From: Vulcanimicrobiota bacterium
GTDB taxonomy: Bacteria > Vulcanimicrobiota > Xenobia > Xenobiales > JADMJV01
Reading direction: 5' to 3'
Assembly: GCA_050250895.1 (NCBI GenBank)
Contig: JBFWNU010000002.1
Span: 663,659 to 727,658, forward strand
Length of the DNA: 64,000 nt
The notes under the pieces were generated by a model. That model saw only the letters and a list, made by a program, of their open reading frames with translations. It had not been told where the DNA came from and did no database searches. The position numbers and the translations under genes are program-made. Numbering within the stretch: position 1 is the stretch's first letter; each line of letters begins with the position of its first letter. This document shows, in pieces, positions 27,594 to 37,865 of the stretch.

Positions 27594-29120
27594 ATGGATC
27601 CCCAAACCGTAAAGTTGGCCGTGCTGGGTGTCTACATGGCCATCCTGATGGTCATTGGGGCGGTGGCTTCGCGCCGCATGAAAGACCTGGGTGATTATTT
27701 CGCCGGCGGCAAGAAGCTGGGTTTCTGGGCGGCCGCCTTCTCGTCGCGGGCCACCGGCGAGTCGTCCTGGCTGCTGCTCGGCTTGACGGGGATGGGCGCT
27801 GTGGTCGGCGTCAAGGCCTTCTGGGTGGTCCTGGGCGAGACCCTTGGCGTGGCGGTCGCCTGGTTGCTGATGGCCGGCCGCTTCAAACGATTGACCGACC
27901 TTTATGAGTCGGTGACCGTGCCCGACTATCTCGAATCGCGTTTCCGCGACACCAGCCACCGCCTGCGCCAGGTGGCGGCCGGTACGCTGGTCATCTTCGT
28001 GACGATTTATGTCAGTGCCCAGATCGACGCCACCGGCCAGGCTTTCAACGAGTTTCTGGGCTGGAACTACTTCGTGGGGGCGCTGGTGGGCTTCGGGGTG
28101 GTGATGGTCTATATCACCAGCGGGGGCTTTCTGGCTGTGGTCTGGAGCGATGTCTTCCAGGGCAGCTTGATGTTCCTGGGTCTGGTCGTGCTGCCCATCG
28201 TGGGCCTGGCCAGGATTGGCGGTTGGTCGGCCATGACGGCTGTTCTGGCCGCTCAGGATCCCAGCTTGCTGCATCCCATGGGTCAGGCCGGCTACAGTCT
28301 GGCGGCCGTGCCCGAACTGTTGGCCTTTGCCTTGATCGGGTTAGGCTTTCTCGGCTCGCCCCAGATCTTCGTGCGCTATCTGGCCCTCGACTCGCTCAAA
28401 GAGATCAAGCCGGGAGCGACGGTGGCCATCGTCTGGACGCTGCTGGCCGATGGTGGCGCGGTCCTTACCGGCATGGTCGGCCGGGCCCTCTATTGCCAGG
28501 GAGATCCCGAGGCTTTCTTTGGGACCGGAGCCAAGGGCGTGCTTCCGTATATGGTGGACCATCTTTTTCCCGTAGTGATTGTGGGCGTCTATGTGGCCGT
28601 CGTCTTGTCGGCCATCATGTCGACCATCGACTCGTTGTTGGTGGTGGCCGGCAGTGCCGCCGTGCGGGACTATTACCAGAAGGTGTTGCGGCCCGAGATG
28701 AAAGATGACGAACTGGTGGCCACCAGTCGCAACCTGACCGTGGCTCTGGCCGTGGTGGCCTTGATCCTGGCTGTGTCGGTGGCGATGGCCGTACCCGAGC
28801 GCACCATTTTCTGGTTCGTCATCTTCGGCTGGTCGGGCATCTCGGCGACCTTCTGCCCGGTGATGATCCTGTCGCTTTTCTGGCCTGGCATGACCGCTCG
28901 CGGGGCCATTGCGGGAATGATTACCGGCTTTCTTTGCGTTCCGATCTTCAAGTTCGTGGCTCCCAAATTGGCCATCGTCGGACCCTTTTTCGGCCAGTTG
29001 TCAGAGCTGCCGCCCGCCTTCTTTTTTGCAGGCTTGGCGGTGGTGCTGGTCAGCCTCGCCGATCATGAAGGACAGGCAAAAGTATCCGATATTGCCTCGG
29101 AACTATCCGGCGGGCGGTAG
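27594..29120 (+). CDS. putP: Sodium/proline symporter (SSS family)
   Basis: DYFAGGKKLG, ATGESSWLLLGL, GGFLAVVWSD, LGSPQI.VR, SAIMSTIDSLL. Confidence 0.85.
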   Translation: MDPQTVKLAVLGVYMAILMVIGAVASRRMKDLGDYFAGGKKLGFWAAAFSSRATGESSWLLLGLTGMGAVVGVKAFWVVLGETLGVAVAWLLMAGRFKRLTDLYESVTVPDYLESRFRDTSHRLRQVAAGTLVIFVTIYVSAQIDATGQAFNEFLGWNYFVGALVGFGVVMVYITSGGFLAVVWSDVFQGSLMFLGLVVLPIVGLARIGGWSAMTAVLAAQDPSLLHPMGQAGYSLAAVPELLAFALIGLGFLGSPQIFVRYLALDSLKEIKPGATVAIVWTLLADGGAVLTGMVGRALYCQGDPEAFFGTGAKGVLPYMVDHLFPVVIVGVYVAVVLSAIMSTIDSLLVVAGSAAVRDYYQKVLRPEMKDDELVATSRNLTVALAVVALILAVSVAMAVPERTIFWFVIFGWSGISATFCPVMILSLFWPGMTARGAIAGMITGFLCVPIFKFVAPKLAIVGPFFGQLSELPPAFFFAGLAVVLVSLADHEGQAKVSDIASELSGGR

Positions 29121-29141
29121 GTCTTGGCCGACCCGTCGCGA

Positions 29142-29225
29142 ATGTCTAGGGTTATGGGGTTTCTAGTAATGGTTGTGGTCGGCGTCGTAGTGACTTTCTC
29201 TCTCTTCGTCAACGCTAACCGCTAA
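29142..29225 (+). CDS. Possible 23-27 aa single-TM small protein
   Basis: MSRVMGFLVMVVVGVVVTFSLFVNANR* directly after putP; too short for the ORF track. Confidence 0.35.
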   Translation: MSRVMGFLVMVVVGVVVTFSLFVNANR

Positions 29226-29252
29226 GAAGCGCCTTGGGACATTGGGGGGTTC

Positions 29253-31770
<2,518 letters not shown>

Positions 31771-31773
31771 CTA

Positions 31774-33048
31774 CTATTTGCAGCTATTCAACGCCTGGTC
31801 GAGGTCCGCTTTGATGTCGTCGATGTGCTCGATGCCGATGCACAAGCGAATCATGTCGGGGGTGACTTTGGCTAACTTGAGCTCTTCGTCGTTGAGTTGG
31901 CGATGGGTGGTCGAGGCCGGGTGGGCGGCCAGCGACTTGGCATCTCCGATGTTGACCAACCGTTTGAACAGCTTGAGGGCGTCATAAAACTTGCGGCCGG
32001 CCTCGAAGCCACCCTTGATGCCGAAGGTTAGCAGAGCCGAGGGCTTGCCGCCGCAATATTTCTGGGCCAGGTCGTAGTATTCGGAGCTTTTCAAGCCGGC
32101 GAAGTGGACCCACTCCACCTGCGAATGGCCTTCGAGATACTCGGCCACCGCCTGAGCGTTCTCGCAGTGGCGCTCCATCCGCAGCGGCAGGGTCTCGATG
32201 CCTTGTAGCAACAAGAAGGCGTTGAGCGGGCTCAGGGCCGAGCCGGTGTTGCGCAGCGGCACGGTGCGGGCTCGACCGATGTAGGCGGCCGGCCCCAGGG
32301 CCTCGGTGTAGACCACGCCGTGATAAGCCGGTTCGGGGCGGTTGAGCACGGGAAAGCGCTCGGCGTTGTCGGCCCAGGGAAACTTCCCCGAATCGACGAT
32401 CAGGCCCCCCAGCGAGTTGCCATGGCCGCCCATGTACTTAGTCAGGGAGTGGACGACAATATCGACACCCCAATCGATGGGACGGGTGATCACGGGGGTG
32501 GCGACCGTATTGTCGACAATCACCGGCACCCCGTGGCTCTTCGCCATATCCGCGATAGCCTGCAGATCGGCGATGTTGCCGGCCGGGTTGCCGATCGACT
32601 CGCAAAAGACGGCCGAGGTCTTGGCGTCAATGAGCCGGGCCAGACTTTCGGGGGAGTCGTCTTCGGCGAATCGCACCTCGATGCCGAGAGCCGGCAACAT
32701 GTGGGCGAATAGCGTATAGGTGCCGCCATAGAGCAGCGGAACCGAGACCACGTTGTTACCCTTTTCGGCGATGGTCAGGATGGAGTAGTTGACGGCGGCG
32801 CTGCCGGCCGAGAGTCCGAGCCCGGCTAGTCCCCCCTCCAGAGCGGCTACTCGCTTTTCGAGCACGTCGGTGGTGGGATTCATGATACGGGTGTAGATGT
32901 TGCCTGGCACGGCCAGGTTGAACAGGTCGGCGCCGTGTTGGGCGTTGTCGAACTCGTAGGCGACGGTCTGGTAGATGGGAACCGCCACCGCTTTGGTGCC
33001 GGGATCGGTTTCGTAACCGGCGTGAATCGCTAGCGTCTCGTTTTTCAT
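31774..33048 (-). CDS. metY: O-acetylhomoserine aminocarboxypropyltransferase (sulfhydrylase)
   Basis: PIYQT, GNIYTRIMNPT, HSLTKYMGGHG, LVNIGDAKSL..HPASTTH. Confidence 0.93.
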   Translation of the reverse strand: MKNETLAIHAGYETDPGTKAVAVPIYQTVAYEFDNAQHGADLFNLAVPGNIYTRIMNPTTDVLEKRVAALEGGLAGLGLSAGSAAVNYSILTIAEKGNNVVSVPLLYGGTYTLFAHMLPALGIEVRFAEDDSPESLARLIDAKTSAVFCESIGNPAGNIADLQAIADMAKSHGVPVIVDNTVATPVITRPIDWGVDIVVHSLTKYMGGHGNSLGGLIVDSGKFPWADNAERFPVLNRPEPAYHGVVYTEALGPAAYIGRARTVPLRNTGSALSPLNAFLLLQGIETLPLRMERHCENAQAVAEYLEGHSQVEWVHFAGLKSSEYYDLAQKYCGGKPSALLTFGIKGGFEAGRKFYDALKLFKRLVNIGDAKSLAAHPASTTHRQLNDEELKLAKVTPDMIRLCIGIEHIDDIKADLDQALNSCK

Positions 33049-33082
33049 GAACGCTACTCCGAGATGAGCTTAGAATACCCTG

Positions 33083-34162
33083 CTAGAGCGAGGCCAGGGG
33101 ATCCTCGGGGTCGACCCCGTCGAGGAAAGGCTGCTTGCGCTCGACATGGGTCAGCTGATAGACCAATCCGAGCCAGTTGTTAAAGACCGCCTTGCCCGAG
33201 TCGCCCCAGGTGTTGTGCAACTCTGGCTCAAACTCGGCCTCGGGAAACTCCTCCTGACTGTAAGGCTGCCCCTGGGCCCTACGCCGGCGGGCGGTCCTTT
33301 CGACCTCTCTGCCCAGTCGCTGGCAAGATTCCGAGAAATAGTGTTGAGGAAAGGGGGGAAAGGTGGGCCGCTTGCCGTCGACATAGGCCAGCACCTCGCG
33401 CTTGAACTCTTTGAGCAGGCTGTTGATATCGTATTCGGGATGACCCTGGCTAAAGATGAAGCGAAAGCCGTCGGGACTGGTGGCCAGATGCACGTCGTCT
33501 TCGCAACTTACCACCAGCACTTTGAGGCCGGCCCGTTCCAGGTCTTCGAGATCCAGGGTGTTCCAGCGCGAATGGGGGATGTCGAATTTGGTATTCACGT
33601 CGCGCAACAGGGGATGGGCAACCAGGCGGTCCCTGTGCACGTGTTGATAGACTCCCCAGCGCTTGCGATCCAGGCCTCTTCGCTTGACGCCATAGAGCAT
33701 CTCGACTAAGGCGTGGCTGGCCAGGCACGAGCAGAAGGTGCTGGTGATCGTCTCTTGAGCCCACTCGACCACCTCGCGGAGGGGGGACCAGAAAGGCTCT
33801 TTGGTGAGGTCGGGCTGGGTCACGTTGGCCCCGGTGATGATCAAAGCGTCCAGACCAGCGGCCTGAATGCGTTCGAAGTCCTTGTAGTATTGGTCCATAT
33901 ACTGGCGCGTCTCGGCGTCGCGCTCGAGGCCCGGCACGGTGAAGGGGTGGACGAAGAATTGCACAATCTGGTTGCAGGCTCCGATGAGCCCGAAATATTG
34001 ACGCTCGGTCACCTGGAAAGCGGCATCGGGCATCATGTTGAGAAAGCCGATGTGCAGTTCGCGAATGTCCTGATGGCGGGCCTGATCGAGTTCGAGCACC
34101 TGGTGCCCCCCGGCCCTGAGCTGGGCGAACGTCGGTAGGGGAATGTGCGAGACTAAAGGCAT
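33083..34162 (-). CDS. metA: Homoserine O-acyltransferase, MetA (HTS) family
   Basis: ARHQDIRELHIG.LNMMP, IITGAN, SCLASHA (catalytic Cys), PHSRWN, QGHPEYD. Confidence 0.92.
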   Translation of the reverse strand: MPLVSHIPLPTFAQLRAGGHQVLELDQARHQDIRELHIGFLNMMPDAAFQVTERQYFGLIGACNQIVQFFVHPFTVPGLERDAETRQYMDQYYKDFERIQAAGLDALIITGANVTQPDLTKEPFWSPLREVVEWAQETITSTFCSCLASHALVEMLYGVKRRGLDRKRWGVYQHVHRDRLVAHPLLRDVNTKFDIPHSRWNTLDLEDLERAGLKVLVVSCEDDVHLATSPDGFRFIFSQGHPEYDINSLLKEFKREVLAYVDGKRPTFPPFPQHYFSESCQRLGREVERTARRRRAQGQPYSQEEFPEAEFEPELHNTWGDSGKAVFNNWLGLVYQLTHVERKQPFLDGVDPEDPLASL

Positions 34163-34242
34163 GTCTGGGGAATTTGGTCTGTTCCGGCACTCACCTGCCG
34201 GCCTTCACAGGATCCGAGCCCTCGATCTGCAAGGACTCGGCC

Positions 34243-35004
34243 ATGCTAGACCCCAACCTCACCCCCTTTGCCCAACTTGTGCAGGTGATGCACCTCCTGC
34301 GTGCCCCGGGCGGCTGCCCCTGGGATCGCGAGCAGACTCATCAGAGCCTGGCTCGCTTTCTGCAGGAAGAGGCTTGCGAAACCCTTGAGGCGATCGACTC
34401 GGGCGATGATCAGAAAATGTGCGAAGAACTCGGCGACCTGCTGTTGCAAGTGGTCTTCCACGCGCAGATCGCGGCCGAGGAGGGACGCTTTTCCATCGAC
34501 GACGTGGCCACCGGCATCGTGGCCAAAATGGTGCGCCGCCATCCCCACGTCTTTGGCGACGAACACCTGCCCGACAGCGGCGCCGTCAAACAGCGCTGGG
34601 AGGCCATCAAGATGGCCGAAAAGGGAAGTCGCCGCAAGTCTTTGATGGACGGCCTTCCACCCGCCCTCTCGGCCTTGCTAACGGCCAAACGCATCCAGGG
34701 TCGGGCCGCCGAGGTGGGATTTCGCTGGCCCGACGCTGCTTCGGCCCTGGCCAAGGTGCACGAGGAGCTGGCCGAACTGGAGGCGGCCGAGAACCTCGCC
34801 GAGCGGCGCGAAGAGCTGGGCGATCTGTTGTTTGCTCTGGTGAGTCTGGCCGACCAGTACGAAGTCGAGGCCGAGGCCGCCCTGCGCGGCACTTGCGCCA
34901 AGTTCGTGACCCGCTTCCAAGCCCTCGAAGCCCGCCTGGGCGAGCGCTTAGGCCAGGCCGATAGCGACGAGCTCGCGGCCGCCTGGGAAGCCGTTCGATG
35001 CTAA
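34243..35004 (+). CDS. mazG: Nucleoside triphosphate pyrophosphohydrolase MazG
   Basis: GGCPWDREQTH, EELGDLLLQVVFH, RRHPHVF, second EELGDLLF. Confidence 0.95.
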   Translation: MLDPNLTPFAQLVQVMHLLRAPGGCPWDREQTHQSLARFLQEEACETLEAIDSGDDQKMCEELGDLLLQVVFHAQIAAEEGRFSIDDVATGIVAKMVRRHPHVFGDEHLPDSGAVKQRWEAIKMAEKGSRRKSLMDGLPPALSALLTAKRIQGRAAEVGFRWPDAASALAKVHEELAELEAAENLAERREELGDLLFALVSLADQYEVEAEAALRGTCAKFVTRFQALEARLGERLGQADSDELAAAWEAVRC

Positions 35005-35080
35005 GATACGCTATCGACTTTCGCTTCCGGCGATATCAGCCGGACCTGAGCCTGGAACCCCTGGGCACCTGGTCTTTGCC

Positions 35081-35135
35081 TTTACCGCCATTGGCAGTTA
35101 GTTATAATCAAAACGGCTCCGCCCGTCACGGAGGT
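35081..35135 (+). promoter_or_regulatory. Sigma70-like promoter and SD with no downstream ORF
   Basis: TTTACC(35081)-16 nt-TATAAT(35103-35108); GGAGG at 35131-35135. Confidence 0.35.
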
Positions 35136-35173
35136 AGGGACGTTTTTAAGCTGACGCAGCACTAGCTAGCCCC

Positions 35174-36004
35174 TCAAAGTCTGCGCCAAGAGGCCTCCCA
35201 GCCCGTTCCGTCCCAGACCCGAACGCCTTCGCCTCGGCCGTTCGAGAAGACCCCGTTGATGGTTGCACCCTGCCATCGATAGGAAAACCAGACGTTGTGC
35301 TGGTCGTGCTTGTCGATATGTATCACCGAGCTTCCGACCAGCTTGCCATTGGACCAAACCTCTAGCGGGAGCGTGTCCGCGCTGCGGTCGGTGATCTTAA
35401 TGGTGGATCCGGTGGACGAACTCCAGGTTCCAGGGAAGCGCGCTAGCGCCCCGGGTTCCAGTTGGGTCGCCTGAGTTTCCTCTCTGAATCCAGTGGGATT
35501 GACAAGGTCGACGAAAGTGCCGAAGTTGTTAACGACCACTCTCACCTGTAGTTGTCTCACGCCTCTCACCGGAATGTCCACCATCTTGTCGAGGTCGCCA
35601 GCAGCAAAGGTGACCTCCTGCAATTTCTGACCGTCTCCGTAAATCGTTATGCTGGCCGCACCCATTCGTTGAGAATGGTCGTCAAAACCCACTGAGCACT
35701 TGAAAGCCGAAAATGCTCCGTCGAGGTTCCAGTAAACCTCGCTGAAGCAGGTCCGCCCAGTTTCAACGAGGTCGTTGACATGAAGCATCAGGCCATAGGA
35801 ATAATCGTGGCCGGCGACTCGCATGTTCTTACGGGTTAGGCTATTCCTCAGGACATGGGCATTGTCGATAGACCAATGTTGCGAAGAGACGCGGTAGGGG
35901 GGAAACTCTTTGGATAAACTGATGCTAACCTCTTTGGCAGAAACTTCGACTAACGATGAGATAATCATCACGGCCAAGAGAATGCATCGAGAACTTGTGC
36001 GCAT
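35174..36004 (-). CDS. Secreted NPCBM/NEW2-domain protein
   Basis: Signal peptide; WNLDGAFSAFKCSVGFDD, IYGDG, DIPVRGVRQLQV. Confidence 0.75.
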   Translation of the reverse strand: MRTSSRCILLAVMIISSLVEVSAKEVSISLSKEFPPYRVSSQHWSIDNAHVLRNSLTRKNMRVAGHDYSYGLMLHVNDLVETGRTCFSEVYWNLDGAFSAFKCSVGFDDHSQRMGAASITIYGDGQKLQEVTFAAGDLDKMVDIPVRGVRQLQVRVVVNNFGTFVDLVNPTGFREETQATQLEPGALARFPGTWSSSTGSTIKITDRSADTLPLEVWSNGKLVGSSVIHIDKHDQHNVWFSYRWQGATINGVFSNGRGEGVRVWDGTGWEASWRRL

Positions 36005-36059
36005 TTGTTCTTCCTTTGCGTTTGGTATAGATGTCTGCCGGTATTGACCTGACGCCCTT

Positions 36060-37202
36060 TCACCAGGTCAGATTTTGACGGTTCTGGTAATGACTGACGA
36101 ACGTGGCGTTCCTCTTCTGAATGGTTGAGATGTCGGTCTCCTTGTAGGTGGGTGATTCTTGATACCAGGCTTGCTGTTGAAAATGTTGGCGGAGTTCGCG
36201 GTCTTGAAAGGCCCTGCCATGGACGGCGAAGACCTGATTGCGAATGACAGTAAGTTCCATCGCGGAGTATCCCTTGAGGTCCGATTCATTGAGGGGCTCC
36301 ACCAGGGATTTCGGTAGGAGCAGCCCTTTTGATGGAAGATTGACCCACGCGCCTAGCCAGCGCGTCACTCGAAATCCCCCGTCCTCCGGCAGTAGTTCGG
36401 CGCTCCTTGTGAGCACTATTCCTGGGGAGGCAGTGGCCGAAAATTGGAAGCTTCCCTTGAGTCTTCCCCTCACTTCGCTAGGGCCATCAATGGTGGAAAG
36501 ATATGCGCCTGTCGTGCTTTTAGGGAGGCGCGACTCGACATTTTCCGCCGACTGAACGGTGGTCAGGCCATCGGCCATCTGAAAGTACGCTCCCCTACGC
36601 TTCTCGACCATTTTTGAACCGTCCCAATCTAGGGTGGCGAAGATGCTGGGCGGCCCTCCCCGATTTGGAAATGAGTATATAACTTGGTCCAAACCGTCAC
36701 CATCGAGGTCCGCCACAGTCCAATGAGCGTCGATGAAGTATCCGGGGCTGCCGGGCTCGTCTTTGGCTGTCCAAAGACAGGTGCCCTCGGCGCTGAAGAC
36801 CGCGATGCGAGAGGACGCATCGTTGACTGGAATGGCGCGGATTTCCTTCAACGCGGCGCTCCCATCGAGGTTGGCCGTGACAGATCTGGAAGGGAGAGTC
36901 TGCCCGGTATCGCTGCCAGGGTTGGGTCGAGGTGGTCTGGTTTCATTCTCCACCGGGCCGTGATTCTCAGCCTTAAGAACAGGAACAGCATGGGGAGCCT
37001 CTGCTTTGGTGCCGAAGCCAAAAATGGTTGGTAGAAGTCCGCATAGTGCCACCACCACCGACACGATAAGAGTGAGTAGCCAGATATTGGTGGAACCCGC
37101 GTTTCTGCGTGCTGCTCTTTCGGGAGTAGCAAATTGACTTCCGCAGAAGGCGCAGAAACGTTCTTGCCCTGCGTCTTGTTTTCCGCAATAAGGACAGAAC
37201 AT
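36060..37202 (-). CDS. Zinc-ribbon + TM + YARHG-domain protein
   Basis: MFCPYCG..FCAFCG, TM helix, DLDGDG loop, C-terminal IRNQVFAVHGRAF..L..HF....WY. Confidence 0.8.
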   Translation of the reverse strand: MFCPYCGKQDAGQERFCAFCGSQFATPERAARRNAGSTNIWLLTLIVSVVVALCGLLPTIFGFGTKAEAPHAVPVLKAENHGPVENETRPPRPNPGSDTGQTLPSRSVTANLDGSAALKEIRAIPVNDASSRIAVFSAEGTCLWTAKDEPGSPGYFIDAHWTVADLDGDGLDQVIYSFPNRGGPPSIFATLDWDGSKMVEKRRGAYFQMADGLTTVQSAENVESRLPKSTTGAYLSTIDGPSEVRGRLKGSFQFSATASPGIVLTRSAELLPEDGGFRVTRWLGAWVNLPSKGLLLPKSLVEPLNESDLKGYSAMELTVIRNQVFAVHGRAFQDRELRQHFQQQAWYQESPTYKETDISTIQKRNATFVSHYQNRQNLTW

Positions 37203-37204
37203 GA

Positions 37205-37636
37205 TCAGTCTCCCAGACCGGCTTCTGCGTGGGCCACGATGACTCGAGTGTTAGTTTCGATATCGACGAAGATCATCACGAATTCTCGAAACGCTACGAG
37301 GATCAAAAACTCGATCAGGCCGCCCATCAGTGCGCAAATGGAAGGGAAAGCCATGGCTGATGACTTTGAGAGGGAGTAGACAAAAAACACGAGCAAACCG
37401 GCCACGCCCAGGCCGTTTAGGATGACGATCAGTCCGAGCAAACTCCGCAGGGTATCGTATCTCCTTGGCACCGAGAACCTGGCGTGGGAGGAACTCGATC
37501 CAGAGGGAGGCTCACTAGACCCTCTTTGTTCAAAGAATCGGCCGCAATCTTGACACTTCGATTCGCCGCTCTGTCGGGGTTGGCCGCATTGACGGCAGAA
37601 TTTGATTTCTGCGCCCTGGCGTTCCTCTTCTTTCAC
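37205..37636 (-). CDS. Zinc-ribbon + two-TM hypothetical protein
   Basis: FCRQCG..CQDCG, two TM helices, IFVDIE.NTR; GGAGG RBS. Confidence 0.7.
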   Translation of the reverse strand: MKEEERQGAEIKFCRQCGQPRQSGESKCQDCGRFFEQRGSSEPPSGSSSSHARFSVPRRYDTLRSLLGLIVILNGLGVAGLLVFFVYSLSKSSAMAFPSICALMGGLIEFLILVAFREFVMIFVDIETNTRVIVAHAEAGLGD

Positions 37637-37865
37637 TTGTCTTTCCTCCCTGGCAGATAGGCATCTAATAGTTATGACACCGAGAGAGCGTTGTTTACGC
37701 GAAATTTCCCGCCGACCCTTCTATTTAATGAAAGCTGTGAGCGCCTATTGAAGCAAGTTCGTTTGGTTTGAAAGCATCCGCTCGATGTCAGCGGGACCGG
37801 ACGCTTCATCCTGGGCCAGGCGTTCTGAGATACCGACGCTCCGAGTCGCCACCCGATGGCGACCC

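Noticed and set aside
27495-28274. 780-aa version of AgcS
   Set aside because: The extension is the antisense shadow of putP; an SD supports ATG 27494.
34163-34242. SAM riboswitch upstream of metA
   Set aside because: The 80-bp divergent spacer has no S-box consensus.
37845-37863. Hairpin GTCGCCA/TGGCGAC as a terminator
   Set aside because: 7-bp stem with no U-tract on either strand; too weak to call.
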